Source: Trichosphaerium sp. ATCC 40318 (Eukaryota > Protista > Tubulinea). Taken from it: DNA of 64,000 bases. Made by a program: the position numbers and the translations under genes. The notes under the pieces are model-generated. The model was not told the DNA's origin, did not search any database, and saw only the letters and a program-made list of their open reading frames with translations. Of the stretch, positions 12,401 through 23,500 are shown one piece after another (within the stretch, counting starts at the first letter, position 1; each line of letters starts with the position of its first letter). The stretch spans positions 124,001-188,000 of the forward strand of contig JALMLS010000208.1 of the NCBI GenBank assembly GCA_038496445.1, read 5' to 3'.

Positions 12401-13988
12401 TCCTCAGATTACGCCTTTTGACATCCTTTTCTTTTCCAATGTACTTGACAATCTGATCTTGAAGGTTTTTTGGTGTTGTTTTCTTTGTGTATGTTCCAAC
12501 GTTCATATGAGTCTCTGCAATATGTCTTTCAATAGACCACATACTTGTAAACGTTTTTCCACAAATCTCACTCTAAAAAAATCCAATATTAGCTCTCAGT
12601 GAACTCATCATCAATAAAACCAAAAAAATACGAAAAAAAAAAGATTTCTTGCAAGTATACTTCTCGCACGTGATAGTTCATATTACAACCCTTAATATTT
12701 TTACTTTGAATTATTGTATTTTCAGCTTGTTAACAAGTGAAGATTACAAAAAAGCACCAGAGTTCACGAAGAATTCCACAAAAACAAAAAAAAACAAGGT
12801 TTTGTCTATGTTTATAAAACTTTTTTCTCTCAAAATTATCACGCAGGTGACGTACGTCTTTAGTCTCCCACATACACCACCACTGTTCTTTTGGTTTTGT
12901 AGTCCTTTTTTTCTTCCTTGTAGGTTGTACAGATGCCTCAGAATCATAACGTGTCTTACGCTTTAAAGAATCCTGGTTTGTCATCTGCATAGACATTTCA
13001 GTAACATAAGGGTCTTGCTTTGGCGTAACATCAAGTAAAGGCTGTTGATCAGGAATCAAAGATATCTAAAGAAGTAAGAAAAGTGTCATAAAACCAAGAA
13101 ACAAGCAAAGTAACAGAGCAACAACGAAAACTCGCTCGAACCCGGATACAGGAAAAAAAAATTTTACAACAAAAGTTTACGACTACGCAACAAATCCACT
13201 ACACAGCGGAACTAAAAGTTTTGACGTTGAAAACATCAAACAAGGATTCACTGGTTGTCGGGTCGATATTTTTGTTTTATGTTGAGAAAAAAGCGGTTTA
13301 AAATACCTGTTGAGGCATTTGATGACCCGTCCCCATTGTATTAGGTAAAGGAGTTAATGCTGCTGGCATCCAACCTTCATTACTAAAGTTCAGGTTGACT
13401 TGTCCCTGAGGAGCTCTATTTACTACTAACGGCCACGTGAGTGCAATGAATGATATAATAATACGTTGTAGTAGTATTAGGCATACTTGGTTGTTGGTAG
13501 ATGGCAGTGTGTTGGCTAAACTGTTGTTGAACTGGCTGATGTTCATACATATTCGTCTGATTATACGTCCCGTGATTCACCCCCTGTGGATGCATTATTA
13601 TGGTGTCGTTTTAAGCTTCGTGTTTTTACGTGGTGAAGAAAAACAAAAAAAAAAATAATCTCGAGAAACCCCTCTTCTCTCGTGATAAACATCGTTCGAG
13701 AAACGTTTTGTGATAATAAAATAGCGGTTATGATGAAAAAACGATAAAATATTCACAATTAATCAAATTAAAATGTACCACAAGCATGCCGTCTTGAGCG
13801 TCATAACCCAATGGGAATGTTTCTTGAAGATCTGTCAAATTTTGCTGCTGGTAGTTTTGTTGTTGTTTATTTATTTCCGACTGATCTCCTTTCGCGTCCC
13901 AGTCGTTTACTTGTTGTACTTGTGGCATTTGAATCCATTGGTCGTTGTTTTGATCGCCACCTGGTGTATCACCAAACGGATTACTCAT
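9451..13988 (-). CDS. Multi-exon protein: Q-rich N-terminus, basic NLS, C2H2 zinc finger, unknown central domains, degenerate class III nucleotide-cyclase-like C-terminus
   Basis: Hand-spliced continuous frame. Contains CEICGKTFTSMWSIERHIAETH; C-terminus LDEAIALIVSQHNGTVITHLGHGYQVVF...AWLCAQSIR...IVVVDFGE...WTGEVI...NPGGLILS. Confidence 0.7.
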
Positions 13989-15698
13989 TTTTTATGTAGT
14001 TACAATGGTAGCTGCGTATTTCTTGGTTTGATACAAGTTTGTAAAGTTTGGAAATATTTCGTTGTTTCGTCTTCTTTTGGTCAAATTGGTTTATCACTAT
14101 TGCATACGCTGCTCTTTGTTATGTAGTACTTAACCGTTAATGAAGGTGACGCAATCCAAGGTTTCATGAAGGAAAATAACGAAACAACACGAGAGTCACT
14201 AAAACGGCAATTAACAGCGTAGCAAGGCTTATTCAAGTGCTTTTTCGAGTGTTTTAGTACTAAGTACGTCACAACACTGTCAATTAGCTCCTATCGCTTA
14301 TTATAAGGTCTACGACAAGACAAACAAATATGAGGCTTTGAAGATTTTCCAAGCGAATCTTGGACACTTTCAGCATCACACGCATGCTCAAAGGTTATAA
14401 GAATTAACTGTGAACAGACTGTTGCACAAAAAAGATTCACGGGGAATACCGTGGTTTCTCGTGTTAACACTTGTTCGTGACAACGGTCCTTTGACCTTAT
14501 TAGTATTATAGGACGCTGTTTAGAGCAAGCATAAAAAGCGTCATACAGCTGAAATGCTTCGAAACCATCTTGCTACAAAAGTTGGCTTTACGTAACTTAT
14601 GGACAGTTTATACGTACCGGTATTACTTTAGGAGTATGTGGTTATTACGTACGGTATAATTTTAAGGTGCTAGTTTTGTCGCGTGTCACGGAAATGGCAC
14701 CAAAAAGAAAGTTTAATTAACTTTACAACGATTGTTCCCTACTGTTTTAATGTGACTGAAGCTTTGAATTGAGTTTGTACAAAGTCAACTAAGTAGCTAT
14801 TATAACAATGCATACAGAGCAGCTTCGTGTGGCAGCTGGATTCCTTCAGAGTCTAGTGTGCGATAGATATTTAGACGCTAATGTTTGCTTAGACTTTTTA
14901 TTTGCCATACTCAATAGGAGACAATAGGAGAGAGTTCATTACAAAGTTGGTTTATGGTGGCGTACTTTTGTAGTGCTTACGCCACCATAAAGGGATAGGT
15001 ACGCAACATATCGAAAGTCTCCTAGATCCGGTACTTGTAACTCTGCTAAGGAATGTCAAAATTAGAAAAACAGGTTTCGTGTGTAAAAAGTTTGAAGACT
15101 ACCTCGCAAGACATACTTGGTAGCTTTAGATTTGCTATTTTGTTAGTATAAGGCTTTCTTGCTTTGTACTTCTTGGAGCAGTAAAAATAGTTCAAACTCA
15201 AGTAGCAGAAAACGAAAAAACGTCACGTGCGACTGTATAACTCAAACCTTAGACTTAGAGTATTAACTAAAGGTTTATCTTTGGTGCTAGGATAATAGAA
15301 GGTAACGACATTTTCATGCGTTTTCCAGCAAAAAAACGCATGAAAAATACAACGCATGAACTGCTAGCAACGTAGACTTTTTAGCAGATCCAAAGGTCGT
15401 CAGCTAGAAAATAGTGGAAATTGATGAAGTAACCAAGAATACCAACGCGGAATAGTTTAGATTTTCATGATGTTTCACCGTTTTCAGTGAAATTTTTTTT
15501 GAACTCGTATTAGTTCGAATAGCGCAATAGATAGAGTGAGCGACTATCAGTTAATTGTGTAAATACTAAACTCTGTTTTCATAACGTCATACTTGTTCTC
15601 ATGGAAGAGGAAAATGAACTCAGTTTTTAATGGATTTTCTGGAAGCATGAAAAAAAAAAACCTGCACGTATCCACAAAATTATCTCAAACACCAAACA

Positions 15699-17427
15699 AT
15701 GGCAACATCTCATCAATTACTCCTTCTAGCTCTCTTCGTTTCTATTACTGCTGCTGCTGTACCCGGTAATTTCGATAGCTATATCGTCGATTTTAAGAAC
15801 AACACCGATCTTACGACTGGCATACGTTTTTTGAGCAAGAGCGATCCAAACATAGTACTCAATGGTGCGTTACAATAATATCTTATCAAAGAGAACGAAG
15901 GCTGGAAGTACTTGAGAAATGTCTGTTTTTCATGTACTGGCAAGAACTACTGACTTTTCGCTTCGCTGGAGCTACATTATCCCGAATGTCTGGGCAAAAC
16001 GCCTTGCTTTGAGTAAGCCACAGTGCCAGTGTTGCTATCTCCCTTTACTTCACTTGCAGACTCTTTTACTTTAGCGATAACAAGAGTTCATCAATATCTA
16101 AATTGTTGACGAGCTAACTGTTTGGTTTTTAGAGTGTCCCAACATAACCACGTTGTCTGATACCAATGTCGTGGGTATCGCTGTTCTACCTGATGAGCGT
16201 ATCGTACTTTCTCGTGGACCAAGTGTTCTTGCCGGACCATCTACTTTACCGACAGTTGTGTATGATAAAAACTGTAACAAGGTACATTTCGAAACCTTTT
16301 TTGTTGTCTATATTATTCCTGGTAAAATACCAAATACCTCATCACATAAACTCCAAACAATACGTATTGTTTAGTGTAAAAAAGCCGTAAACTGTTTTTT
16401 TTGTGGTCGCGGAGTTGACGCCCAAAAGAACTTGTTTTTTTTAGAAAAAGGTATTGGTTTTGTTTTCTTTCGCGATGTCTATACTGTAGTCGTTTTTTGG
16501 TATATCTCGTACTAAATTACTTGTAGTTGAAAGAATGTAGTCTAGCAAATGTAACAAGCTACGCTGCATTAACTGTTGATCCTATTTCAGAAAAGATATA
16601 CATGTGGGGTATATTAGATTCTACTTTCCAAGTTCGTGGTCTGGCCGAGTTAGACATTGATACTTGTACAGTCACAAAACGCTGCCCACAGCTAGTATCT
16701 GGGACTCCTGACGAACAATACAGTACGCTACAAACAACATTTTTATGGAGCTTTTTTTTCAAACAATTCAGCAGAGGTTGACGTTTATTTAGTTTCTGTA
16801 ATTGGCGATAAGATGTACCAAATCGGGTTTTCTGGAATGATTATGGAAGCCTCTATTCCACAAGTTAATATTAGCGATAATTGCGAGACAATAAGATCAG
16901 CAGCATTGCCAAATTCTTGTGCCAGCCCAAGAGGTAAAAAAAGAAAAGTGTTTTCTCTTCTTGTATTTTCTTCAGCTTTCCTTTTCTTGATCACTAACTT
17001 GCTTAAAGGTTTGGCAACCCTTGATATAAACACGCTTCTTCTAGTGTGTGATGACGATACTGTTATTACATTCAACATAACATCATTCACTTTTTCAGGC
17101 ACACTTGCAACAAATGTGACTGTTGAACTTCGTGATATGGCTTTATTTCCAAACCCAAGTATTGCTGGTCCGCCAACAACTGAGACACCAACGACCCTAG
17201 CACCACCTAAACTGTGGCACCTACAACTATAGCACCACCTACAGACTAACCAACCTCCTACAATGCTTGTCTCTCCTGTCGCTCCTACTACTATGCCACC
17301 TTCAATGTCATCCTCTACTGTTCCCCCAACAAGCAATCCTGTTTCACCAACAACATCCCCAAGTGGCACAGTTCGCCTTGTATTTGGACTTTTACTTGTG
17401 CTAGTGGTATCGTTGATTTCCTTGTAA
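15699..17427 (+). CDS. Cell-surface protein (signal peptide, Cys-containing ectodomain, P/T/S stalk, C-terminal hydrophobic tail); frame disrupted near 17209-17245
   Basis: MATSHQLLLLALFVSITAAA signal, several GT-AG introns, a mucin-like stalk and terminal VRLVFGLLLVLVVSLISL*. An in-frame TAG at 17230-17232 lies between two compensating indels. Confidence 0.65.
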
Positions 17428-18204
17428 TACATTTAATAAACGAATGTTTGATACAAAGACTGATTCAACATTTGAACTCACAAACTTGGCATCCTTAAGT
17501 GTATGGGTCATGAATGCCCTCAATACTCAAATGTAGCAGGTTGTCAGTATGTTACAATAGCTTCACCTAGTAGCGAAAAATCCTTCGCTTTTCCTAACGA
17601 AATAGTTGCTAGATCACTTCCATCTTCATCATAAAAACACAGTTCAAATACCTCCTACTCAAATATGCTTTTCTGAAAAAACTGGTCACAATTACATAAC
17701 CTAATATGTTATCCAGTCCCTGTTGAAAAACCTATTAATGGATCATTTGCAAAGTTTCTCATATTCTCATGTTTCTTTGCCTTCTTGTCATCCAAGTAGC
17801 GTGTACATTGGTTTCATGTTCATGAGTACTAATAACCTTTATCCTTTATTGGTGAAAACAAATAGTAGAGATTCAAAGAATCTTATGGTTTATGTACGGA
17901 GTTTCAACAGGGTCTACAATGTTTATTAACACAGATAGATCTTTGAAATACAATGTGAAACTATTGATGTTGTTTTTATGAAGTTTATGAATGTAACAAA
18001 TTTCACCTTCATTCAACAGAGGAAAGCAACACTTGATTGACCCAAAAAGTCCCAGAAACACACTAATCATGTTCAAGCATAGCCACAGCAGCATCAAATG
18101 AAAGTACATTTGTAGCACATGGATAGATTTTGACACATGTAATGCACAAAAGTTAGTGTTAGCCAAGTCGTTAACAGATGACGATATTCAAGGGATACAA
18201 ATAT

Positions 18205-18420
18205 GTAGTAGTTGTATGAACACCTGATAGTGATTTCTTACCTTAATCTGTAATACCGTTACTCGGTATCTAAGATCAATTGTATGCAGCTACGGTAGAT
18301 TCTGATTGCGACTATGAATGCTTGAGATAGAGAAGAAAATGGTATACCACCTGAAATTTTTATGGTTTATCTGTCGCAACCTGTTTGGTATGAACACCTG
18401 AAAGTGTTTTAATACCATCT
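18205..18420 (-). pseudogene. Decayed LRR fragments of the F-box/LRR family
   Basis: The reverse complement carries caggtgttcatac, attgatcttag and attacaga motifs (SGVHT-IDL-ITD), interrupted by stops and indels. Confidence 0.6.
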
Positions 18421-18498
18421 ATTAGTTATAAAACTGATCTCGAAACACCCGGAATAAATAGCCGCACGTGACTAACCCATAAAAAGTCAAGTCTTAAA

Positions 18499-18882
18499 TA
18501 GAGATGGCAGAAATACCAGTCCGAACCGGTTCCGGACCGAAACGCAAAAGAACGGTCTCTAAACGGTCCAAACGGTCCGCTGTCAAAGGGAGTACCCTTG
18601 GAAAATCGGAAAAATGGTTGAAAAAGGGACTTTTGTCAAAGTCCCTTGGATTTTTATCGGTCCCTGTCACAAAATCTCAGAGGCATCCATCCATTGACCT
18701 AATCACTATGTGCATGCACATAAGGTGGCTGTACACTTTGTGGCATGTTTGAATATCACCTTTTTTTTTTTAAAATTTCTATGACTGAAGTTGACTTTGG
18801 ACCGAAACCTTGTTCTAAATCGTGGACTGGTTACGGACCGAAAACCGATATCTTGAAACCGGACCGGTATTTGCCACCTCTA
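18499..18882. mobile_element. Non-autonomous hAT-superfamily element (MITE), 384 bp
   Basis: Imperfect TIRs tagagatggcagaaataccagtccg and revcomp tagaggtggcaaataccggtccg. Exact 8-bp TSD gtcttaaa at 18491-18498 and 18883-18890. Subterminal aaacgg/ggaccg repeats. Confidence 0.9.
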
Positions 18883-19073
18883 GTCTTAAAACACGTGAAA
18901 ACGCTTACAATTGGCATCCTGTCTATTTGTAACGCAGGAAACGGTTATTAAATTTAACACCTAAACACGTGAAAGCGTTCTTGTGGTACTATTCGAAGAG
19001 TCGCTTCAAGATTTAGTTCCTAAATTACAAAAGATCGAACTAAACCCCGAAACGTCAGTACCATCCTGTAAAG

Positions 19074-20327
19074 ATGTCACTTCTACAACTTCCATATGAA
19101 CTTCAACAATATCTATGTACTTTCAACAAGGAAACATTTCATAAGTTCCACGTGTTATCAAAAACGGCTGCTATTAACACACATTACAATGCTAGTCTGA
19201 ACAAACAAGGTATTTGGATTACTTGGTATCCATGTGGTCGTGTTCTAAATAAAACAATGATGGTTGATGGTAAAAAACAGGGAGCGATGAAACTGTGGTA
19301 TTTGAACGGACAGCTATGGTTCCATGCATGGTACAATAATGATAAACAGCATGGTAAGTACAAAAGTTGGTACACAGGAGGAAACCCTTATGTAGACGTT
19401 GTGTATGTAAAAGGACTAAAGGAAGGCATGCTAAAGCAGTGGTATGAGAACGGACAACTTAAATATCAAACAATGTATGTTAATGACAAGAAGAATGGTG
19501 AGAAAAAAATATGGAATGAGAACGGACAACTTGTGTCGCAAAAAACCTGGATTAATGACGAGAAGACTGGTGAGATAAAGACATGGCATAAAAACGGACA
19601 GCTTGCAGTACAAAAAATCTATATTGATGGGGAAGAGACTGGAGAACATAAACAGTGGTATGAGAATGGACAAATTCAGTTAAAAACAACCTATATTGAT
19701 GGAAAGGAGAATGGTGAATACTTTTGGTGGTATGCGAATGGTACAATGAAGGATCAAGCTATATACATAAAAGGTGAGAAGAATGGTGAATGCAAACTGT
19801 GGTATGATAATGGGCAACTTGAGGTGCAACGAAACTATACTAATGGCAAGAAGACTGGTGAGGAAAAGATGTGGTATGAAAATGGACAACTCCATATACA
19901 AGCAATGTATATCGAAGCAAAGAGAAATGGTGAATACAATTCATGGTATGAGGATGGTATAGTCAAGTGCCAAGCTATGTACGTTCAAGGTAAGAAGCAT
20001 GGTGAAGAAAAGATATGGTATGAAAATGGACAACTCCATATACAAGCAATGTATATCGAAGGAAAGAGAAATGGTGAATACAATTCATGGTATGAGGATG
20101 GTATACTCAAGTGCCAGGCTATGTACGTTCAAGGTAAGAAGCATGGTGAGGTAAAGAGATGGTATGAAAATGGACAAATTCACAGACAAACAATGTATAT
20201 TAAAGGAAAGAGATATGGTGAATGCAGTGTATGGCATGAGAATGGACATCTTAAGCTAAATAGAATATATGTTGATGGTAAGAGATGTGAACATCCATTA
20301 ACAACTGTGAGACGTAATTCCTTGTAA
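19074..20327 (+). CDS. Intronless F-box-like + MORN-variant (MORN_2/YwqK-type) repeat protein
   Basis: N-terminal LLQLPYELQQYLC followed by about 15 24-aa repeats GExKxWYENGQLxxxxxYxxGKK. Confidence 0.88.
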   Translation: MSLLQLPYELQQYLCTFNKETFHKFHVLSKTAAINTHYNASLNKQGIWITWYPCGRVLNKTMMVDGKKQGAMKLWYLNGQLWFHAWYNNDKQHGKYKSWYTGGNPYVDVVYVKGLKEGMLKQWYENGQLKYQTMYVNDKKNGEKKIWNENGQLVSQKTWINDEKTGEIKTWHKNGQLAVQKIYIDGEETGEHKQWYENGQIQLKTTYIDGKENGEYFWWYANGTMKDQAIYIKGEKNGECKLWYDNGQLEVQRNYTNGKKTGEEKMWYENGQLHIQAMYIEAKRNGEYNSWYEDGIVKCQAMYVQGKKHGEEKIWYENGQLHIQAMYIEGKRNGEYNSWYEDGILKCQAMYVQGKKHGEVKRWYENGQIHRQTMYIKGKRYGECSVWHENGHLKLNRIYVDGKRCEHPLTTVRRNSL

Positions 20328-20580
20328 CAACACAAAAAATAAAGAAAGAACACTTGAGAAAACAGTTTGTGTTAATTGAGATTTTGGGAACTGGCCAAGA
20401 ACTAAGAGCCATAATATTTGGCGATGTACCTATTGATTATCAACAGTTACAGTTCCTTTCATCCAGACGGACTTTGCATGTGAGTGAAATGAATTGACTT
20501 ACAGTTGCTATATGGTGCATATTCAAGTAAAAGGTGCTTTTTTTTTTTACATACATTTTTAACAGTTGTTTACTTTGTTA

Positions 20581-23500
20581 TTATACCACTGATGATGCTT
20601 CAGTGGGGGCAGATGATATATCATCTGTATCATCTGTTTCAGTGTCGGATATATCAACATCATGGGCTAATGGAGACTCTATAGAAACATCTACATTTCC
20701 TGAGTTTCCTTGTCCTTTAGGTGATGAACGAGGTCTTTGTTTAGGTTCTGTTTGAATAGCCTGAGATGTCCTAGGTGCCATACTAGTCTCACTTGTCTTT
20801 GAAGTATGAACACTAGGTCCTTTACCAAATCGCCATGGAGGTTTTCCTGATACGTAAATTCTAAGAATTTTATTAGTTCAAAAAAGGACAAAAAAAAAGC
20901 ATTTCAAATTGAACCAAGACGAATTGACTTTCAAAAAAATCAATTACTGTTCTGCGTGCATCAAATTTATAGCTTCTCAACAAATGGTCTCTATGTAAAA
21001 CAAACGAGGTAAAGGTTTTTTTAAGGAATTCTTCCGTTAACAAACAGCCAACTGAAGAAAACAACTCTGTTTGTTATTATTTCTTGAGAAAAATCCAGGA
21101 ATTGTTTAAGAAGTGTTGGCACAGCACGTGTTTCAAATTAAATACAAAAAAAAAACTTGTTGTAATTTTGCACCAACAAATCAGTATGATATACAATATT
21201 TCCGTACCTGTATAGATTCCCTCCAAAAGCTATAACAATGACAAGAGTAAAAGGTACAAAAGTACCAAAAGTAAACGCTAAGAATAGAGCATATACATTA
21301 TCACGTAGAATGAAACCAATAGGTACAAGCATTAATGTAGTAAAAGTACTAACAAGTATGCATAATCCTATAATCTTGGAGTCATTAAAGTATTTCTTGT
21401 ACTTCCTTGTTCTAACAGCAAGAAACACGCCAAATAACAAGAAAGCTAGTTTGTATCCAACAAATACACCCCACCAAACAGTAGAGTCTGAAGAACATAC
21501 CAACGACTCAGACTCTAGTGGAGATAGTATTAGAGTTATTGAGCTCAAGTCAATTTAGATATATAGGTACCTAGCATTGGTTTTGGTCTGTCTACAACTG
21601 TCCAAATAGTCAAATAAACAAGTTCAATGATAACAAAGATCAGGACGTTCTAAGAAAAAACTGAGTCGTGGTTAAAGAGAATGCACTTACAAAACGAATA
21701 CAAGAGCTATGCAACAAATAAAAAAAGAAAAGAAGATTGATAAACATACACGCAGAGTCAACATAGCATGTGTTTTCCAAATAAAAAAATAGTAGCTTAA
21801 AAGCTCCCTTTGATGATACGTACAGTTATAACATCCAATCGCGTTACTTTAACTACTTTAAGCTTCTTACTCTGTACTCCATTTATTATACGCCAGAACC
21901 GCCACGCTCGACCAAATAAACTCCTGAGGAAACAAACATCAGAAAGATAGAAAAAAAAAAGACTTTTCTTTGTACCCAAAAACAAGGACGTATGCAACAC
22001 CAATGAGCCATGGTTCAATAGCACATATCCAATCTGTTGATATTGGAAACTGTAAAAACGTAACAGAAATAGCTGAAAGAGCTCCAAGGAGCATAAGAGA
22101 GCTAATAATCTAAAAAAAAGATGTCAGGACATTTTAAAAATGAAACAAAGAACAAACGCACAATGTCTTGATAGACAAAATAAGCTGGATGAATGAGCAT
22201 CGTTATAAAAACGAACAGAATAAATAAAACACATAGACTAGCTATAGCTAATGTAGTGATACGTAAACCAAGAGACACTTGTTTTGGATCAGCTAATAGA
22301 TATAAGTTAGGTAAAGACAAGACAACAATTGCCGTGTATACTTACGGTCAAAGAAGTTCACTCTAGTACGACTTGATCGGAGAGCTCCATGATATCTACA
22401 AGATAATATTTGTAAGTATATAGTTGAGTGTAATTAACATACTTAAACTCAGTAGCTTCAGGGTGGAACGCAAATATGATTTGTTGATCAACATTACGTA
22501 TTTCTTTATCTAAAACGCCGTCAGTGTTCATAACTGGTCTCTTAAATCGATATATCCTTGATACAAGTAATAAGCAAAAACAACAACCAACAAAACTATC
22601 AAGTCCAAAAAAGACGATAAAAAAAGAGGAATATTACAAGAATACACAATATGTACGTACGATCTTCCTGATGATCTACTTGCAGAGATCATAACAACAT
22701 CATTAGAACCACCCAATTCAGTATCTGGTGTAGGAACACCAACATCTTCAGCATATCGATCATCACAGTATCCAGTAGCTGTGACAGTATTCCACGTGCA
22801 TAGAATGATATCTGTAAAAAATTTGTTAAGTACAAGCAACAATGATAGTTTTTAAGGTTACCTGCATCAGCCATAGTTCCAGGAAGAGGTTCAAAACCTA
22901 AACCAACCCAACCTTGAGTTTTAGTTTGTATTATATACTCAATAAACTCATTATCATCATCCATCTCCCAAGAAAGTTGATAATTTGGTGCTAACTGAAG
23001 CGTGTTTTTTAAAGGATTGTCAGGTGTGATAAATAAACCATCATCTGAGAAAGTCTTCGTTAGTGACACAAGAAAAGGCTTACAGTTCTGTAAGGGCAGA
23101 TAAATACGTACTCTGGCTTGTGAGTTGCCTATTACTTACAAAGAAAGCAGAGGTTGGAATAGCAGCATCAGAAACATCAAAGTTTCTGATAATCAAATCT
23201 CTTAAATTAGTTTGGAAAACTTCAGTTATTTCATCTCTTGTGAAATAATCAGTGTTTTCATACCAGAACCTTCAAAGTGATTAGCTAATTTTAATTTAGG
23301 TTAAATGATATCATACCTGTCTCCATCACGAAGTCGAGCGATTTGATCAGTAAGTGAAGTTGCAAAAAGCTCGCCAACACTTCCACCAACAACATGATCT
23401 ATTAGAAAACAAAAATCAGTTTGCAACCCACAGGTAGGAACGAGGATTTCTACTTACCTTCACAAATACCTCCAAGCCAAGCATCTATATTATCTACAGA

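Noticed and set aside
13780-13795. Apparent additional GC donor (gacg|gcatgc)
   Set aside because: A GT donor a few bases downstream (GTG|gtacat) gives the correct phase.
17230-17232. In-frame TAG as evidence of stop-codon reassignment or readthrough
   Set aside because: The intervening peptide is better explained by two indels, and TAG terminates other genes here (e.g. 41068, 46036).
16785-17432. 215-aa minus-strand ORF rich in V/G
   Set aside because: Antisense shadow of the Pro/Thr-rich stalk on the plus strand.
19074-20327. Endogenous giant-virus insertion
   Set aside because: No viral hallmark genes in the window; these genes are interspersed with intron-rich host genes, and the paralog has an intron.
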